NCBI GenBank assembly: GCA_963737655.1
Contig: CAVTTN010000002.1
Span: 5,056,001-5,120,000, forward strand
Reading direction: 5' to 3'
DNA from: an uncultured Planctomycetota bacterium
GTDB lineage: Bacteria > Planctomycetota > Planctomycetia > Isosphaerales > Isosphaeraceae
DNA: 64,000 bases
Made by a program: the position numbers and the translations under genes. Positions 49,288 to 59,801 of this stretch are shown piece by piece (position 1 is the first letter of the stretch; every line of letters starts with the position of its first letter). Below the pieces are notes generated by a model. It was not told the DNA's origin. It made no database searches and worked only from the letters and a program-made list of their open reading frames with translations.

Positions 49288-50499
49288 TCATCGGCGACGG
49301 AGGCGGCCGGCGAGGCGACGGCCGGCGAGCGTCGCCCCGCCGAGGCCCAGCAGCGCGAGCGTCCCGGGCTCGGGGACGGCGCTCAGCGAGGCCACGGCCG
49401 AATTCGCGGTGCCGTACTGGAAGAAGCGGTCGGAAGAGCCCATCGGCGTGGCGGACGGGTCGCCCGCGGCGTTGTTGTCGACGACGAAATCCATGCCGAT
49501 CAGCAGGTCCATCCCGCCGATCGACCAACTGTTGCCGTCGGGCTGGGCGAACGAGTCGAGGTAGGTCTTCAGCCCGGCCGCCGAGAGGGCCGTCCCGGGC
49601 GAGAAGTCGATCGGCACCCACTTGTCGGGGGCGCCGGTCGTCGGGTCGCCCTGGATGAACATGTACTGGGACGGGTCGGCCGGCATCGAGGTCGTGTAGT
49701 CGTTCACGAAGAACTGGACGCCCGGGGCGGCGGTCAGGGACGAGGAGAAGTGGCCTCCGCCGACGGTCACGGTGTAATCGAACAGGGTGGTGGCGGAGCT
49801 CGTGCCGTTCAGGCCGGTGATGGTGTTCTGGAAGTCGATCGAGCCGGAGCCGTTGGGATCGACGACGACGGAGGAGCCGGTGATGTCGTTGAAGGCGTGG
49901 AGCTCGATGGTGGGCGAGGCCGCGGGGGTGAACGTGTGGCTGCCCTGGTTGTTGACGATGGTGATCGGGTTGCCGTTGAGGGCGGGAAGATCGAGCGTGA
50001 AGGGGTCGGTGACCTTGCCGTAGCCCCGGCCGAAGCCCCCGGGCGGGATCGTGGTCTTGTCCACCGTGCCGGAGGCGAGCCCGCCGGCCTCGTACGAGTC
50101 GAAGAACGTCCCCTGGCTGATGTAGGAGATGCCCGAGGCGGTGCCGGTGGCCTTGGTGGCCCCGGGCGCAGGCACCTGGGCCTTCAGGTAGTTCCAGCCC
50201 TTGCCCACGGGGTCGCCGGTAACCGGGTCCTTGTTGAACTTCTTGTCCGGGCCGAACGTCTTCAGGCCGGTGGTGCCGCCCTCGTTGTCGGCCTTGGCTT
50301 CCTCGCTGTAGGTGCCGGCCAACGCATTGGCGGCCGACCAGTAGGAAGTGTGCGTCCCGTCCACGTCGCTGTACTTGTTCCAGAGCCAGTTGCGGCTGTC
50401 GGCCGTCGCCTTGGCGTCGGCCCTCGCGGGCCGCGTCCAGGCGCCCGCGATCAGGAAAGCGGCGCCTGCGGCGGCGCAGAGTCGAGCGATCCTCTCCAC
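49288..50499 (-). CDS. PEP-CTERM sorting domain protein
   Basis: Signal ending PARAD; Thr/Gly-rich body; C-terminal VPEPGTLALLGLG...RRR. Confidence 0.9.
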   Translation of the reverse strand: MERIARLCAAAGAAFLIAGAWTRPARADAKATADSRNWLWNKYSDVDGTHTSYWSAANALAGTYSEEAKADNEGGTTGLKTFGPDKKFNKDPVTGDPVGKGWNYLKAQVPAPGATKATGTASGISYISQGTFFDSYEAGGLASGTVDKTTIPPGGFGRGYGKVTDPFTLDLPALNGNPITIVNNQGSHTFTPAASPTIELHAFNDITGSSVVVDPNGSGSIDFQNTITGLNGTSSATTLFDYTVTVGGGHFSSSLTAAPGVQFFVNDYTTSMPADPSQYMFIQGDPTTGAPDKWVPIDFSPGTALSAAGLKTYLDSFAQPDGNSWSIGGMDLLIGMDFVVDNNAAGDPSATPMGSSDRFFQYGTANSAVASLSAVPEPGTLALLGLGGATLAGRRLAGRLRRR

Positions 50500-50745
50500 G
50501 TCGATCCTCCCTTCCGTCGGCGAGACCCGGGGTCGTCCATCGTGGACCCGTCGGGCCGGACCAGGTCCGGCGCCGGGGCGACCCTCGCGGTTCGCCCCGA
50601 CTCCCGGACTCTTAGACGACCCCCCGCCTCGGCACAAGGAGGGAATGCCCGTCAGGGAGGCCATGTCTCAAAAAATCAACATCCGTCTAGGGCAAACCGG
50701 AGAGGAGCTTCGTCATGAGCCCCGAATCGAGACACATCCGCACTC

Positions 50746-51749
50746 TCACGCATGAAGGACCGCGCGGAACCGGACCTTGCCCGAGCGGACGCGATCGACG
50801 GCGGCGTTCACCTCGCCCATGGGGAATGGTTCGGTCATGGGGCGGACGCCGGTCCGGGCGGCGAACTGGAGCATCAGGGCCGTGTCCGACGGGCTGCCGG
50901 CCGACGCCCCGGAGACCGATTTCTCGGCCAGCAGCGGGAAGGCGGGGAACGTGATGTCCGACTCGGGCACCCCGCAGAGGATCAGACGGCCCTGGGGCCG
51001 GAGCGCCTGGATGTATTCGACCCAGGGCAGGTCCACGGCGACCGTCGAGACGATCACGTCGAACGAGTTCGCGGCCTTCTTCAGCTCGTCGGTGCCCCGG
51101 GTGGCGAGGAAGCGCGAGGCGCCGAGCGTCTTCGTGTCCTCGTCCTTGTCGTGGCTGGAGGAGATGGCGGTGACCTCGCAGCCCATTTTGGCGAGGAACT
51201 GCACCGCGAGGTGCCCGAGGCCGCCCACGCCCAGGACGGCCGCCTTCATCCAGGGCTTCACGCCGTACTGGACCAACGGGGTGAACACGGTGGTGCCCGC
51301 GCACATGAGGGGGCCGGCGTCCTCGGAAGGCAGCGCCTCGGGCAAGGGGACGGCGAACTTCCAGTGACAGCGGACCGTCTCGCCCCAGCCTCCGCGATGG
51401 CCGACGATCGTCATCGAGGGCGTCGCGCAGAGGCATTCGCGGCCTCGGACGCACCACTCGCACCGCCCGCACGAGCCGGAGAACCAGCCCACCCCCACGC
51501 GAGCGCCCAGGGCGATGCGGTCGCCGACCTGATCGCCGACCCGCGTGACGGTGCCGACCACTTCATGGCCGGGGACGAGCGGATATTGGGAGAAGCCCCA
51601 GTCGTTATCGATCATCGCGAGGTCGCTGTGACAGACCCCGCAATGAGAGACGCGGACCTCGACCTCCTCGGCCCGAGGGGGCCGGGATCGTACTCGAACG
51701 GCTGCAATTTCGCCTTCGGGGCCATCGCCGCGAATGCCTTCACTCCCAT
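50746..51749 (-). CDS. Zn-dependent NAD(P) alcohol dehydrogenase (Ahr/CAD-like; frameshift near 51672)
   Basis: CGVCHSD, GHEVVG, CxxCxxC and GVGGLGH; N-terminus MGVKAFAA lies in another frame. Confidence 0.88.
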
Positions 51750-51822
51750 CGAACCGTCTCCCAGGACCATCGGGCAGGGCGGAAAACTTGAGGCGACCCG
51801 GGCCTGACTCGGGCACGATCCC

Positions 51823-52114
51823 TCACTCGCCGAGGGGCTCGATACAGCTCGGGCGATCGGCTCTCCAGCAGGGGGAACAGCCCCCCGGCGGCGAGCTCGG
51901 CGAAGTGGGGCGAGCCGCGATGGGCGTCCAGCGCGGCCTGGTCGTCGTATTGTTCGTAGAGGAAGAGGCGGCGGGGATCGGTCGTCGAGCGATGGGCCAG
52001 GTACATCCGGCATCCGGGCTCGCGGCGGGTCGCCTCGGTCAGCCGGGAGAGCAGCCCGAGCGCCTCGGCCTCGTGGCCGGTCTTCACGACATAGGTCACG
52101 GCGACGCAGATCAT
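51823..52114 (-). CDS. Antibiotic biosynthesis monooxygenase / putative quinol monooxygenase
   Basis: TRREPGC..Y, LYEQY and AHRGSPHF; probable extra base near 51841 (as read the frame runs to 51740). Confidence 0.8.
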
Positions 52115-52378
52115 CGCGGCCTCTCCCCGGGATTGCGGCAAGATATCACGAGCGAGCGAACGAACGAACGAACGAGGCGGATCGATCGGCCCCATCCTAG
52201 GCGCCGGGGGAAGCCTCGGCCAGACCCGATCGGCCCGGGTCGTCGCGGGGTGCCCCGGCCCTCGAACCGGGGCGGCGCCGCCGCAGGAGACCTCGGCACG
52301 GGATTGACTCCATGCGGGCCGCCGCGCTACGCTCGGGGCCGTCCCGAGCCCGCGTCGACCCGCATGGAGGCCCGCCGC

Positions 52379-53601
52379 ATGACGTCCGCCGTCGCGTCGA
52401 TCGAGGAGGTCCGGTCGCGATTCCCCGCCCTGGCGCGAGAGCATCGCGGCCGACCGGTGGCGTATTTCGACGGCCCCGGCGGGACCCAGGTGCCGCGATC
52501 GGTGATCGACTCCGTGGCCGATTACCTCGCCCACCACAACGCCAACACCCACTGGGCGTTCCCCACCAGCGAGGAGACCGACGCCGCCCTGACCCTCGCC
52601 CGATCCGCCCTCGCCGACTTCCTCGGCGCCTCGCCCGGCGAGGTCGCCTTCGGCGCGAACATGACGACACTCACCTTCCACCTCGCCCGGGCGCTGGGCC
52701 GACGCCTCGGGCCCGGCGATGAGATCGTCGTCACCGAGCTCGACCACCGCGCGAACGTCGATCCCTGGCTCGCCCTCGTGGCCGACCGAGGCGTCACGAT
52801 CCGAACCGCCCGGATGGACCCGCGCTCCGGGACGACCGACCGCGACGACCTGGCCGCCCAGATCGGCGAACGCACCAGGATCGTGGCCGTCGGCGCCGCC
52901 TCGAACGCCCTGGGGACGATCACGAACGTCTCCGAAATCGCCGAGATGGCCCACGCCGTCGGCGCCGTGTGCTTCGTCGATGCCGTGCATTACGCCCCTC
53001 ATCGGCTGGTGGACGTGGAGGCGATGCACTGCGACTTCCTCGCCTGCTCGGCGTACAAGTTCTACGGGCCTCACGTCGGCATCCTTTACGGACGGCACGA
53101 CCTCCTGCAATCGCTCGACGTCCCGAAACTGAAGCCCGCGCCCGACTCCGCGCCGAGCGCCTGGAGACGGGCACTCAGAATCACGAGGGGATCGTCGGAG
53201 CGGCGGCGGCGGTCGAGTTCCTCGCCTCGCTGGCCCAGGGGCCGAGCCGCCGAGACCGCCTCCGCCTCGCCTTCGACGCCCTCCACCAGCGGGCCGAAGG
53301 GCTGGTCGAGCGGCTCTGGGACGGCCTCTCGGCGATTCCCGGGGTCCAGCTTTTCGGCCCTCCACCCGCGAACCCAAGGACGCCCACCGTCTCGTTCGCC
53401 GTCGAGGGCCGACCGTCGGAAAAAATCGCCCGACGGCTCGCCGACCTCGCCCTGTTCGTCTCCCACGGCGATTTCTACGCCTCGACGGCCGTCGAGAGGC
53501 TCGGGCACGCGCAAGACGGCCTCGTCCGGGTGGGCTGCGCGTGCTATTCCACGGAGGACGAGGTCGATCGCCTGATCGCCGGAATCCGGGAGGCCGTCTG
53601 A
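52379..53601 (+). CDS. Cysteine desulfurase-like class V aminotransferase (frameshift near 53152)
   Basis: FDGPGGTQVP, DAVHYAPH and CSAYKFYGPH; continues ERLETGTQNHE in a second frame. Confidence 0.88.
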
Positions 53602-53966
53602 TGGGCATGGACAAGGTGAATTTGGCCGAGAAGCTCGGCAAGATCGGCGACGTCTGGAACCCCCGGATCGTCGGCGAGTTGAACGGCCAGCACGTGAAGC
53701 TCGTGAAGTTCCAGGGCGAGTTCCTCTGGCACCACCACGCCGACGAGGACGAGCTCTTCCTGGTCCTCAAGGGCCGCTTCCGCATGGAGCTGCGAGACCG
53801 TCACATCGAATTGAGCGAGGGGGAATTCCTGATCGTCCCCCGAGGCGTCGAGCACCGCCCGGTGGCGGAGAACGAGACCGAAGTCCTCCTGTTCGAGCCG
53901 GCCTCCACGCTCAACACCGGGGACGTCCGCAACGAGCGGACGGTGGCCGAGCCGGAGAGACTCTGA
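53601..53966 (+). CDS. Cupin domain protein
   Basis: WHHHADEDELF and VPRGVEHRP. Confidence 0.9.
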   Translation: MGMDKVNLAEKLGKIGDVWNPRIVGELNGQHVKLVKFQGEFLWHHHADEDELFLVLKGRFRMELRDRHIELSEGEFLIVPRGVEHRPVAENETEVLLFEPASTLNTGDVRNERTVAEPERL

Positions 53967-54137
53967 GAAGCAGTCCGAAGAGGCGATTTCGGCGAAATCA
54001 AGGCATCTCGGCAGGTCCGCCAGTGGGTTTGGCGACGGAGATTCCGCACCGACCGGATTCGTCCGACAGCCCCTTGTCGCCGTCTTTCGTCCCGATCACA
54101 ATCGCAAATGTTAGAGGGATGGAACGACCGTCGCGAG

Positions 54138-54200
54138 GAAAGGGGTCAGGAGGCGATCCTGAGTCTAAATAAGCCTACAATCGGCTCCCGACCCCTTTTC
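54138..54200. repeat. Family E palindrome (AAAGGGGTCAGGAG...CTCC.GACCCCTTTT), copy 1
   Basis: Inverted arms; similar arms and GAGTCTAA loop at 55374. Confidence 0.8.
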
Positions 54201-54385
54201 TTGGTCTTTACCACGTTCTCAAACCGGAGTGGAACGAGCAGCCGGGAACGGGTAATTTGAGTACGAACAATGCCAGTGTTTACGGAACTAGTGTGCTCAG
54301 GATCCTGAAGACTTGGAGAGGCAAGCCCAAGAAGCCCGTTCTGTCCACCAAAGCGAACCCCGTTGTATTAAAAGTAATTGTGCAT

Positions 54386-55342
54386 ATGCTCAAATTCAAT
54401 TTATTTTGCGGATGGTGGATCGCCTGGTGCTTTGAGGTCGTCCTGGCAGGGACAGGGCTCGCGCAGGCCGTTCCCGCCGGTGGGTCTCCGGGCGGGGCCG
54501 ACCGCACCACCACACCCGCCCCGAGGACCCACGTCGATTTCTGCTCCCGCGGCCTCTTTTGGCACGGCCGCAGGGAGTACGACAAGGCCATCGCCGACTT
54601 CGACGAGGCCATCCGCCTCTGCCCGGGATACCTCGCGGCGATCTGCAATCGAGGGAACGTGTGGAGGGACAAGAATGAGTACGACAAGGCCATCGCCGAC
54701 TTCACCGAAGCCATCCGCCTGGAACCGAACACGAGCCAGCATTACGTAGCTCGAGGGTCCTCCTGGCACGCCAAGGGGGAAGGGAACCGGGCCCTGGCGG
54801 ACTTCGACGAGGCCATCCGGCTCAACCCGGGCAACCCCGATGGGTTCAGTTGGCGGGGCTGCTTCTGGTATGAGAATGGGAGTTTCGACAAGGCCATCGC
54901 CGACTTCACCGAAGCGATCCGGCTCCAGCGTGGCGACTCCGAGGATCTTCACCGGCGCGGCTTCGTCCTGAAGGACAAGGGGGAGTACGCCAAGGCCCTG
55001 GCCGACTATGATCAGGCCGTCCGTGCCTGCCCCGAGTACGTCCCGGCGCTGAAGGACCGCGCGTGGCTGCTGGCCTCGTGCCCCGACTCCAGGATCCGCG
55101 ATGGGGCCAGGGCCGTCGAGTCGGCCTCGATGGCGTGTAAACATGGCGGATCGAACGATGCCGACTGCTTGGCCGCGCTCGCGGCGGCCTACGCCGAGTC
55201 GGGCGACTTCACCCGGGCGATCGAGGCCCAGGAGAAGGCGAACAAGTACGACCCCGACCAGGGCGCTCGCGGAGAGGGCGCTCGGCGGCTGAGGCTCTAC
55301 CGAGAGCGGAAGCCCTATCGAATGAGGATCGCGGGACCTTGA
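54386..55342 (+). CDS. Tetratricopeptide repeat protein
   Basis: Repeated YDKAIADF.EAIRL.P units and AWLLASCPD...RDG..A motif; start uncertain. Confidence 0.88.
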   Translation: MLKFNLFCGWWIAWCFEVVLAGTGLAQAVPAGGSPGGADRTTTPAPRTHVDFCSRGLFWHGRREYDKAIADFDEAIRLCPGYLAAICNRGNVWRDKNEYDKAIADFTEAIRLEPNTSQHYVARGSSWHAKGEGNRALADFDEAIRLNPGNPDGFSWRGCFWYENGSFDKAIADFTEAIRLQRGDSEDLHRRGFVLKDKGEYAKALADYDQAVRACPEYVPALKDRAWLLASCPDSRIRDGARAVESASMACKHGGSNDADCLAALAAAYAESGDFTRAIEAQEKANKYDPDQGARGEGARRLRLYRERKPYRMRIAGP

Positions 55343-55373
55343 GGGTTCCTGGCCGCGGCGAAAGCCCGTGACC

Positions 55374-55437
55374 GAAAAGGGGTCAGGAGCCGATTTTGAG
55401 TCTAACTAAGCGTTTAAACGGCTCCTGACCCCTTTTC
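55374..55437. repeat. Family E palindrome, copy 2
   Basis: GAAAAGGGGTCAGGAGCCG...CGGCTCCTGACCCCTTTTC perfect arms. Confidence 0.85.
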
Positions 55438-55549
55438 TTCCGGCCAGGTCGCCATCGCCCCTCCGAGAGCACGGGTCGAGTACGCCCCGTGGCACCCGGA
55501 AGCGGCCACCAATGCCGCCCGCCCGGCAGGGGCGACCTGGATTGAGGAC

Positions 55550-56318
55550 ATGATTATGCGTCTGCGACGACCCCGCCTGACGCTCGGCGTGATGATGGGA
55601 TTTGTCCTCGCGATCGGCGGGTTGCTCGGCTGGGTCGCGCATTGGGCTCGGACCCAGCGTGAGGCGGTCGCGGCGATCGTCCGTGCCGGCGGGGATGTCG
55701 TTTATGACTATCAGTGGGCGGATTTCGATGCCAGGCCCCGCGGCCCGGATTGGTTGCGACGGCTCATCGGGCGGGACTACTTCGACACGGTGTATGGAAT
55801 CAATGCCAACCGGCCGGCGGTCGATGACGCGGTCGTGGGCCAGATCGGCCGGCTCACGGAGGTCCGATTCCTCGGGCTCCAGGGGCTCGACCGTGACCGA
55901 CGCCGGCCTCGCCAGGCTGGCCGGGTTGCACAAGCTTCGCGTACTCCACATGCGAGCGCCGAACGTGAACGGCTCCGGGTTCCGGCATCTCTCCGATCTC
56001 CGCAACCTCTACGCCCTCAACTTCAATCAGACGCCGATCACCGACGAGAACCTGGCGTATCTGTTGCCCCTGACATCGATCGAGCGTCTGGGCTTGTACA
56101 AGACCCGAATCACCGACGCCGGGATGGCGCAGGTGGCCAGGCTGAGCCGCTTGAACACGCTGACGCTCGAATCGTCCGACATCGGCGACCCGGGGCTCCG
56201 CGAACTTGGCCGCATCCGCCGGCCGCTCCGGGTCGCCGTGAGGCCCAGGACGCGAATCACACCCGAGGGCATTCACGCGATGAAGGCGGTTGCCCCCAAG
56301 CTGGTGATTACCCCGTGA
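55550..56318 (+). CDS. Planctomycete-type leucine-rich repeat protein (frameshift near 55884)
   Basis: R.RLTL..MM leader, QREAVAAI..GG.V.Y, P.WL..L.G.DYF, then TDAGL..L repeats in a second frame. Confidence 0.8.
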
Positions 56319-56352
56319 ATGGATGAGCGAGGGGAAAAGCCGGAAAAAAGGC

Positions 56353-56596
56353 CAAGAAGAGGGGCCAGGAGCGAAGAGAAGAAAAAGGGGCCAGGAGCCG
56401 ATCCTTCAACGCCCCTGCCGGAGTTGTGCTCAGGATTGCTCTGTAGAAGACCCCGGCAAGGCTCGGAGATCGAGTCGGTCCGACTTCAGTCGGGCCTCCA
56501 GGACGAGATATTTTGTAGGCCCGACTGAAGTCGGACCGACTCGATCCCTTTCCATCACCGGGCTTTTCGACAGAGCACTCCTGACCCCTCTTCTTG
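56353..56596. repeat. Family E palindrome, copy 3, interrupted by family A copy 3
   Basis: CAAGAAGAGGGGCCAGGAG (56353-56371) pairs with CTCCTGACCCCTCTTCTTG (56578-56596); the left arm is duplicated. Confidence 0.75.
56437..56577. mobile_element. MITE-like element, family A copy 3
   Basis: TGCTCTGTAGAAGACCC...GGGCTTTTCGACAGAGCA around the GTCGGTCCGACTTCAGTCGG doublet. Confidence 0.75.
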
Positions 56597-56730
56597 CCCC
56601 CGGTCGGCCCGGCTCCCAGGAAGTTCCGAACCTTGCGGAAGCGGCGGGTCGCGTCGATAATGGGCGGGGCCGAGGGGCCTTGGCCATCGGGGCCGGGCCG
56701 GGCCTTCTCGCGGTCCCGAGCGTTCCCTTC

Positions 56731-57945
56731 ATGCCGACTTCTCCGCCCGAAGAACTCCTCGAAACGCCGGACGAGCTGGCCGGTCTGGTCGATCATCTCC
56801 GCCGGGCCGGGCGGTTCGCGTTCGACACCGAGTTCGTCTCCGAGGAGACGTTCGAGCCGGTCCTCTGCCTGATCCAGGTGGCCACCCGCGACCGCCTGGC
56901 CGCCGTCGACCCGCTGGCCGTCCGCGACCTCGACGCCTTCTGGGACGTGGTGAACGACCCGGCAATCGAGGTCGTGATGCACGCCGCGGGCGAGGACCTG
57001 CGGATCGATTCGCTGCGGACCGGCCGGTTGCCGAAGCGGGTCGTGGACGTCCAGATCGCCGCCGCGATCGTCGGGTTCAACTACCCGATGTCGCTGGGGA
57101 ACCTCGTCCACCAGACCCTCGGCGTGAGCGTCCGGGGCGGGGAGACCCGCACCGACTGGAGGCGTCGGCCGCTGAGCCCGGCCCAGATCCATTACGCTTT
57201 GGACGACGTCCGCTACCTGCTCGACGCCGCCGACGAGCTCGATCGACGGATGGACGCGCTGGGCCGCCGCGAGTGGGCCGAGATCGAATATGCCGGGATG
57301 ATCGAGGCGGTGCGATCCCGGGACGACGACGATCGTTGGCGGCGATTGCCGGGCCTGCACCAGCTCAACCGCCGGGGTCTGGAAGTGGCCAGGAGGCTGG
57401 CCGAGTGGCGCCGCGAGGAGGCCCGACGCACCAACCGCCCGCTCCGGCAGGCCCTCCGCGATGACCTCCTGATCGCGATCGCCAAGAGGCAACCCGCGAC
57501 CAAGCGCGACCTGGAGGCCCTCCGGGATTTCAACCGCCCCCACCTGCTCGCCCGGTCCAACGAGGTGCTCTCGGCCGTGGCCGGCGCCCAGGGGATCGCC
57601 CCCGAGGACCTCCCCGAGCACGCCGAGCGGTTCGACGACGGACCGGGCGTCTCCATGGTCGTCAGCCTGCTCACGGCCACCCTGAACCAGTGCGCGGCCC
57701 AGGACAAGGTGGCGGCCAGCCTGATCGGCTCGGCGGCCGACCTCAAGGAACTGATCCGCTGGCACGTCGCCGGCCGACCGGCCGACCGCCCGCCGTACCT
57801 GCTCCAGGGCTGGCGAGGCTCGGTCTGCGGCCAGACCTTGCTGGACGTCCTCGCGGGCAAGCGGTCGCTGAGGATCGTCGATCCCGAGGCCGAAGTGCCG
57901 GTGGCGCTCGACCCGATCGCCCCGGGCGAGGCGAGGCCGTCATGA
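56731..57945 (+). CDS. rnd: Ribonuclease D
   Basis: DTEF, LIQV, HAAGEDL, DVQIAA, TDWRRRPL, YALDDV, HRDC region and LLQGWR. Confidence 0.92.
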   Translation: MPTSPPEELLETPDELAGLVDHLRRAGRFAFDTEFVSEETFEPVLCLIQVATRDRLAAVDPLAVRDLDAFWDVVNDPAIEVVMHAAGEDLRIDSLRTGRLPKRVVDVQIAAAIVGFNYPMSLGNLVHQTLGVSVRGGETRTDWRRRPLSPAQIHYALDDVRYLLDAADELDRRMDALGRREWAEIEYAGMIEAVRSRDDDDRWRRLPGLHQLNRRGLEVARRLAEWRREEARRTNRPLRQALRDDLLIAIAKRQPATKRDLEALRDFNRPHLLARSNEVLSAVAGAQGIAPEDLPEHAERFDDGPGVSMVVSLLTATLNQCAAQDKVAASLIGSAADLKELIRWHVAGRPADRPPYLLQGWRGSVCGQTLLDVLAGKRSLRIVDPEAEVPVALDPIAPGEARPS

Positions 57946-58782
57946 CCCGCAAGATCGGCGTATATACCAACGCGTTCGGCCCCGAGGGGGTCTGCGCGGC
58001 GGCCGATCGGGTCCGCGAGACCGGCCTCGACCGCCTCGAACTGGCCATGAAGCCCCACGACCTCGGCGGGCTGGTGATCCCCGAATCGGCGATCGTGAAC
58101 GAGGCCGCCGACGACGCCACCGCCTCCGCGTTCGCCCGGCTCCTGGCCGATCGCGGGGTCAGGCTCAGCGGAGGGAACGTCGGCGGGGGCGACCTGCGGA
58201 CCGAGGCCGGGGTGGCGCTCGACCGAGCGCCGGATGCGGTTCGCCCGCACGTGGTTCGGCGTCGAGATCGCCATTTCCGGGGCCGGACAGCCCGAGGACG
58301 ATGCCCAGAGGCGGACGATTGTCAGCAATCTCCGCCGGCTGGGCGACGTGGCCGGGTCGCTCGGGATGGTCCTGGCGCTGGAGACCCACGCCGGGCCCAC
58401 CCAGAACGCCAGGGCCATGCTCGCCTTGATGGCGGACGTCGATCATCCCCGCGTCGCCCTGAATTTCGACACCGGCAACATCGCCTATTACAACGACGGC
58501 GCCGACCCGGTGGCCGAGCTCCGGCAGGTGGCGCCCCGGGTGAAGAACGTCCACCTGAAGGACAACCGAGGCCGGTTCCGCGACTGGTTCTTCCCCGCGA
58601 TCGGCGACGGCGGATCGGTCGATTTCCGCGAGATCCGCCGAATCCTCGACGACCACGGCTTCCTCGGCCCGTTCACCATCGAGATCGAAGGCATCGAAGG
58701 CGAGCCCGAACCCGGCCTCGACGCACGGATCGACCGAATCCGCCGGAGCGTCGAGCATCTCCGGGAATGTGAATATCTGTAG
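57942..58782 (+). CDS. Sugar phosphate isomerase/epimerase (TIM barrel; frameshift near 58220)
   Basis: LETH, NFDTGN, VHLKD, G.G.VDF and TIEIE; N-terminus in a different frame. Confidence 0.82.
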
Positions 58783-58938
58783 GGTGCATGAAATGCACCG
58801 TCATGTCGGGTGCATGAAATGCACCAACCCCGCGGCGGCCCCCGGCCGCCCCCATGTTTCGGTCGTTTCCCGTCGAGAAAGAGGATTGGGGAGGCGGCCG
58901 GAAGCCGCCGCAACTTTGGTGCATTTCATGCACCCTAC
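58779..58938. repeat. Family C GTAG REP composite (REPIN-like)
   Basis: GTAGGGTGCATGAAATGCACC, a tandem GTCG variant, an inner GC-rich IR and terminal GGTGCATTTCATGCACCCTAC. Confidence 0.9.
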
Positions 58939-59711
58939 ATTTCCATCGCCAGCCGGCAATCGGCGATCCACAAGGCCCGGAAATACCTCAGGACGCGTTC
59001 GGGGTCCGAACTCTCGGGGATCTCGGCCAGGGTGTAGCCGTCGTACTCGATCCCCTGCAAGAGCCCGAACAGCTCGACCCAGGGGTACGCCTCGTCGGTC
59101 AGGTCTCGCAGGTGGACCTCGCGCACCTTCTTCGCCACGAGCGCGAAATTGTCCTTGATCGACCCATTCACCACGTCGCTCGGGTTCGAATTCCAGCAGA
59201 CGAACACATTGGGATGATCCGCATATCCCATGATCTTCGCCAGGTCGGGGACGAGGCTGGTGACGGCGCCGTGGACCTCGACGCGGATCTCCACGCCGAA
59301 CCCCTGGGCGTCCTCGCCGACCTCGTGCAGCGCGGCGCCGATCCGGCGGAACGCGACGTCGGGGTCTTCGCCGCGGGGGACGCCGTTGGGCCGGACCTTC
59401 ACGCCCGGGGCGCCGACGTCGTGGGCGAGCCTCACATACGCCTTGGTCCCCTCGATGTTCTTCTTCACCTCGGCCGGGTCGTTCGAATGATACTCGAACG
59501 CGCTGCCCAGCCCGGCGAGCTCGACGGGAGAGTCGGCGAACTTGCGGCGGACCTCGGCCCGGGCCTCCGGGGAAAGCTCCACCTCCACGCCGTGCTTGTG
59601 GCTCGTCCGAAGCTCCACGCCCGAGAACTTCAGCGCTTCGAGCCGCTTCAGGATCGTGTCGAGGTCCCAATCCTTCGCGATGTTGTACGTGACGGTGCCG
59701 AGGCGGAACAT
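58935..59711 (-). CDS. Sugar phosphate isomerase/epimerase (TIM barrel)
   Basis: GVELR, VKVRPNG, VEVHG, WNSN, VHLRDL and Y.GY..AEI. Confidence 0.85.
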   Translation of the reverse strand: MFRLGTVTYNIAKDWDLDTILKRLEALKFSGVELRTSHKHGVEVELSPEARAEVRRKFADSPVELAGLGSAFEYHSNDPAEVKKNIEGTKAYVRLAHDVGAPGVKVRPNGVPRGEDPDVAFRRIGAALHEVGEDAQGFGVEIRVEVHGAVTSLVPDLAKIMGYADHPNVFVCWNSNPSDVVNGSIKDNFALVAKKVREVHLRDLTDEAYPWVELFGLLQGIEYDGYTLAEIPESSDPERVLRYFRALWIADCRLAMEM

Positions 59712-59801
59712 CGGGTGACTCCGAAGGGCGACGACCGGACCGGGCAGGATCGGCCGAGCTTACCCGATCCGATCCGCCTCGCCGAGTCTCGCCCTTCGCG
59801 A

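Noticed and set aside
53967..54120. Possible IS remnant after the cupin gene
   Set aside because: Only weak end complementarity and no transposase-like ORF.
54560..54925. Near-identical DNA repeats GACAAGGCCATCGCCGACTTC
   Set aside because: Ordinary TPR unit duplication within a coding sequence; no reverse transcriptase or template repeat to suggest a DGR.
55398..55425. Integron attC site (GTCTAAC resembles RYYYAAC)
   Set aside because: No matching GTTRRRY end at a suitable distance, the sister copy reads GTCTAAA, and no integrase is present.
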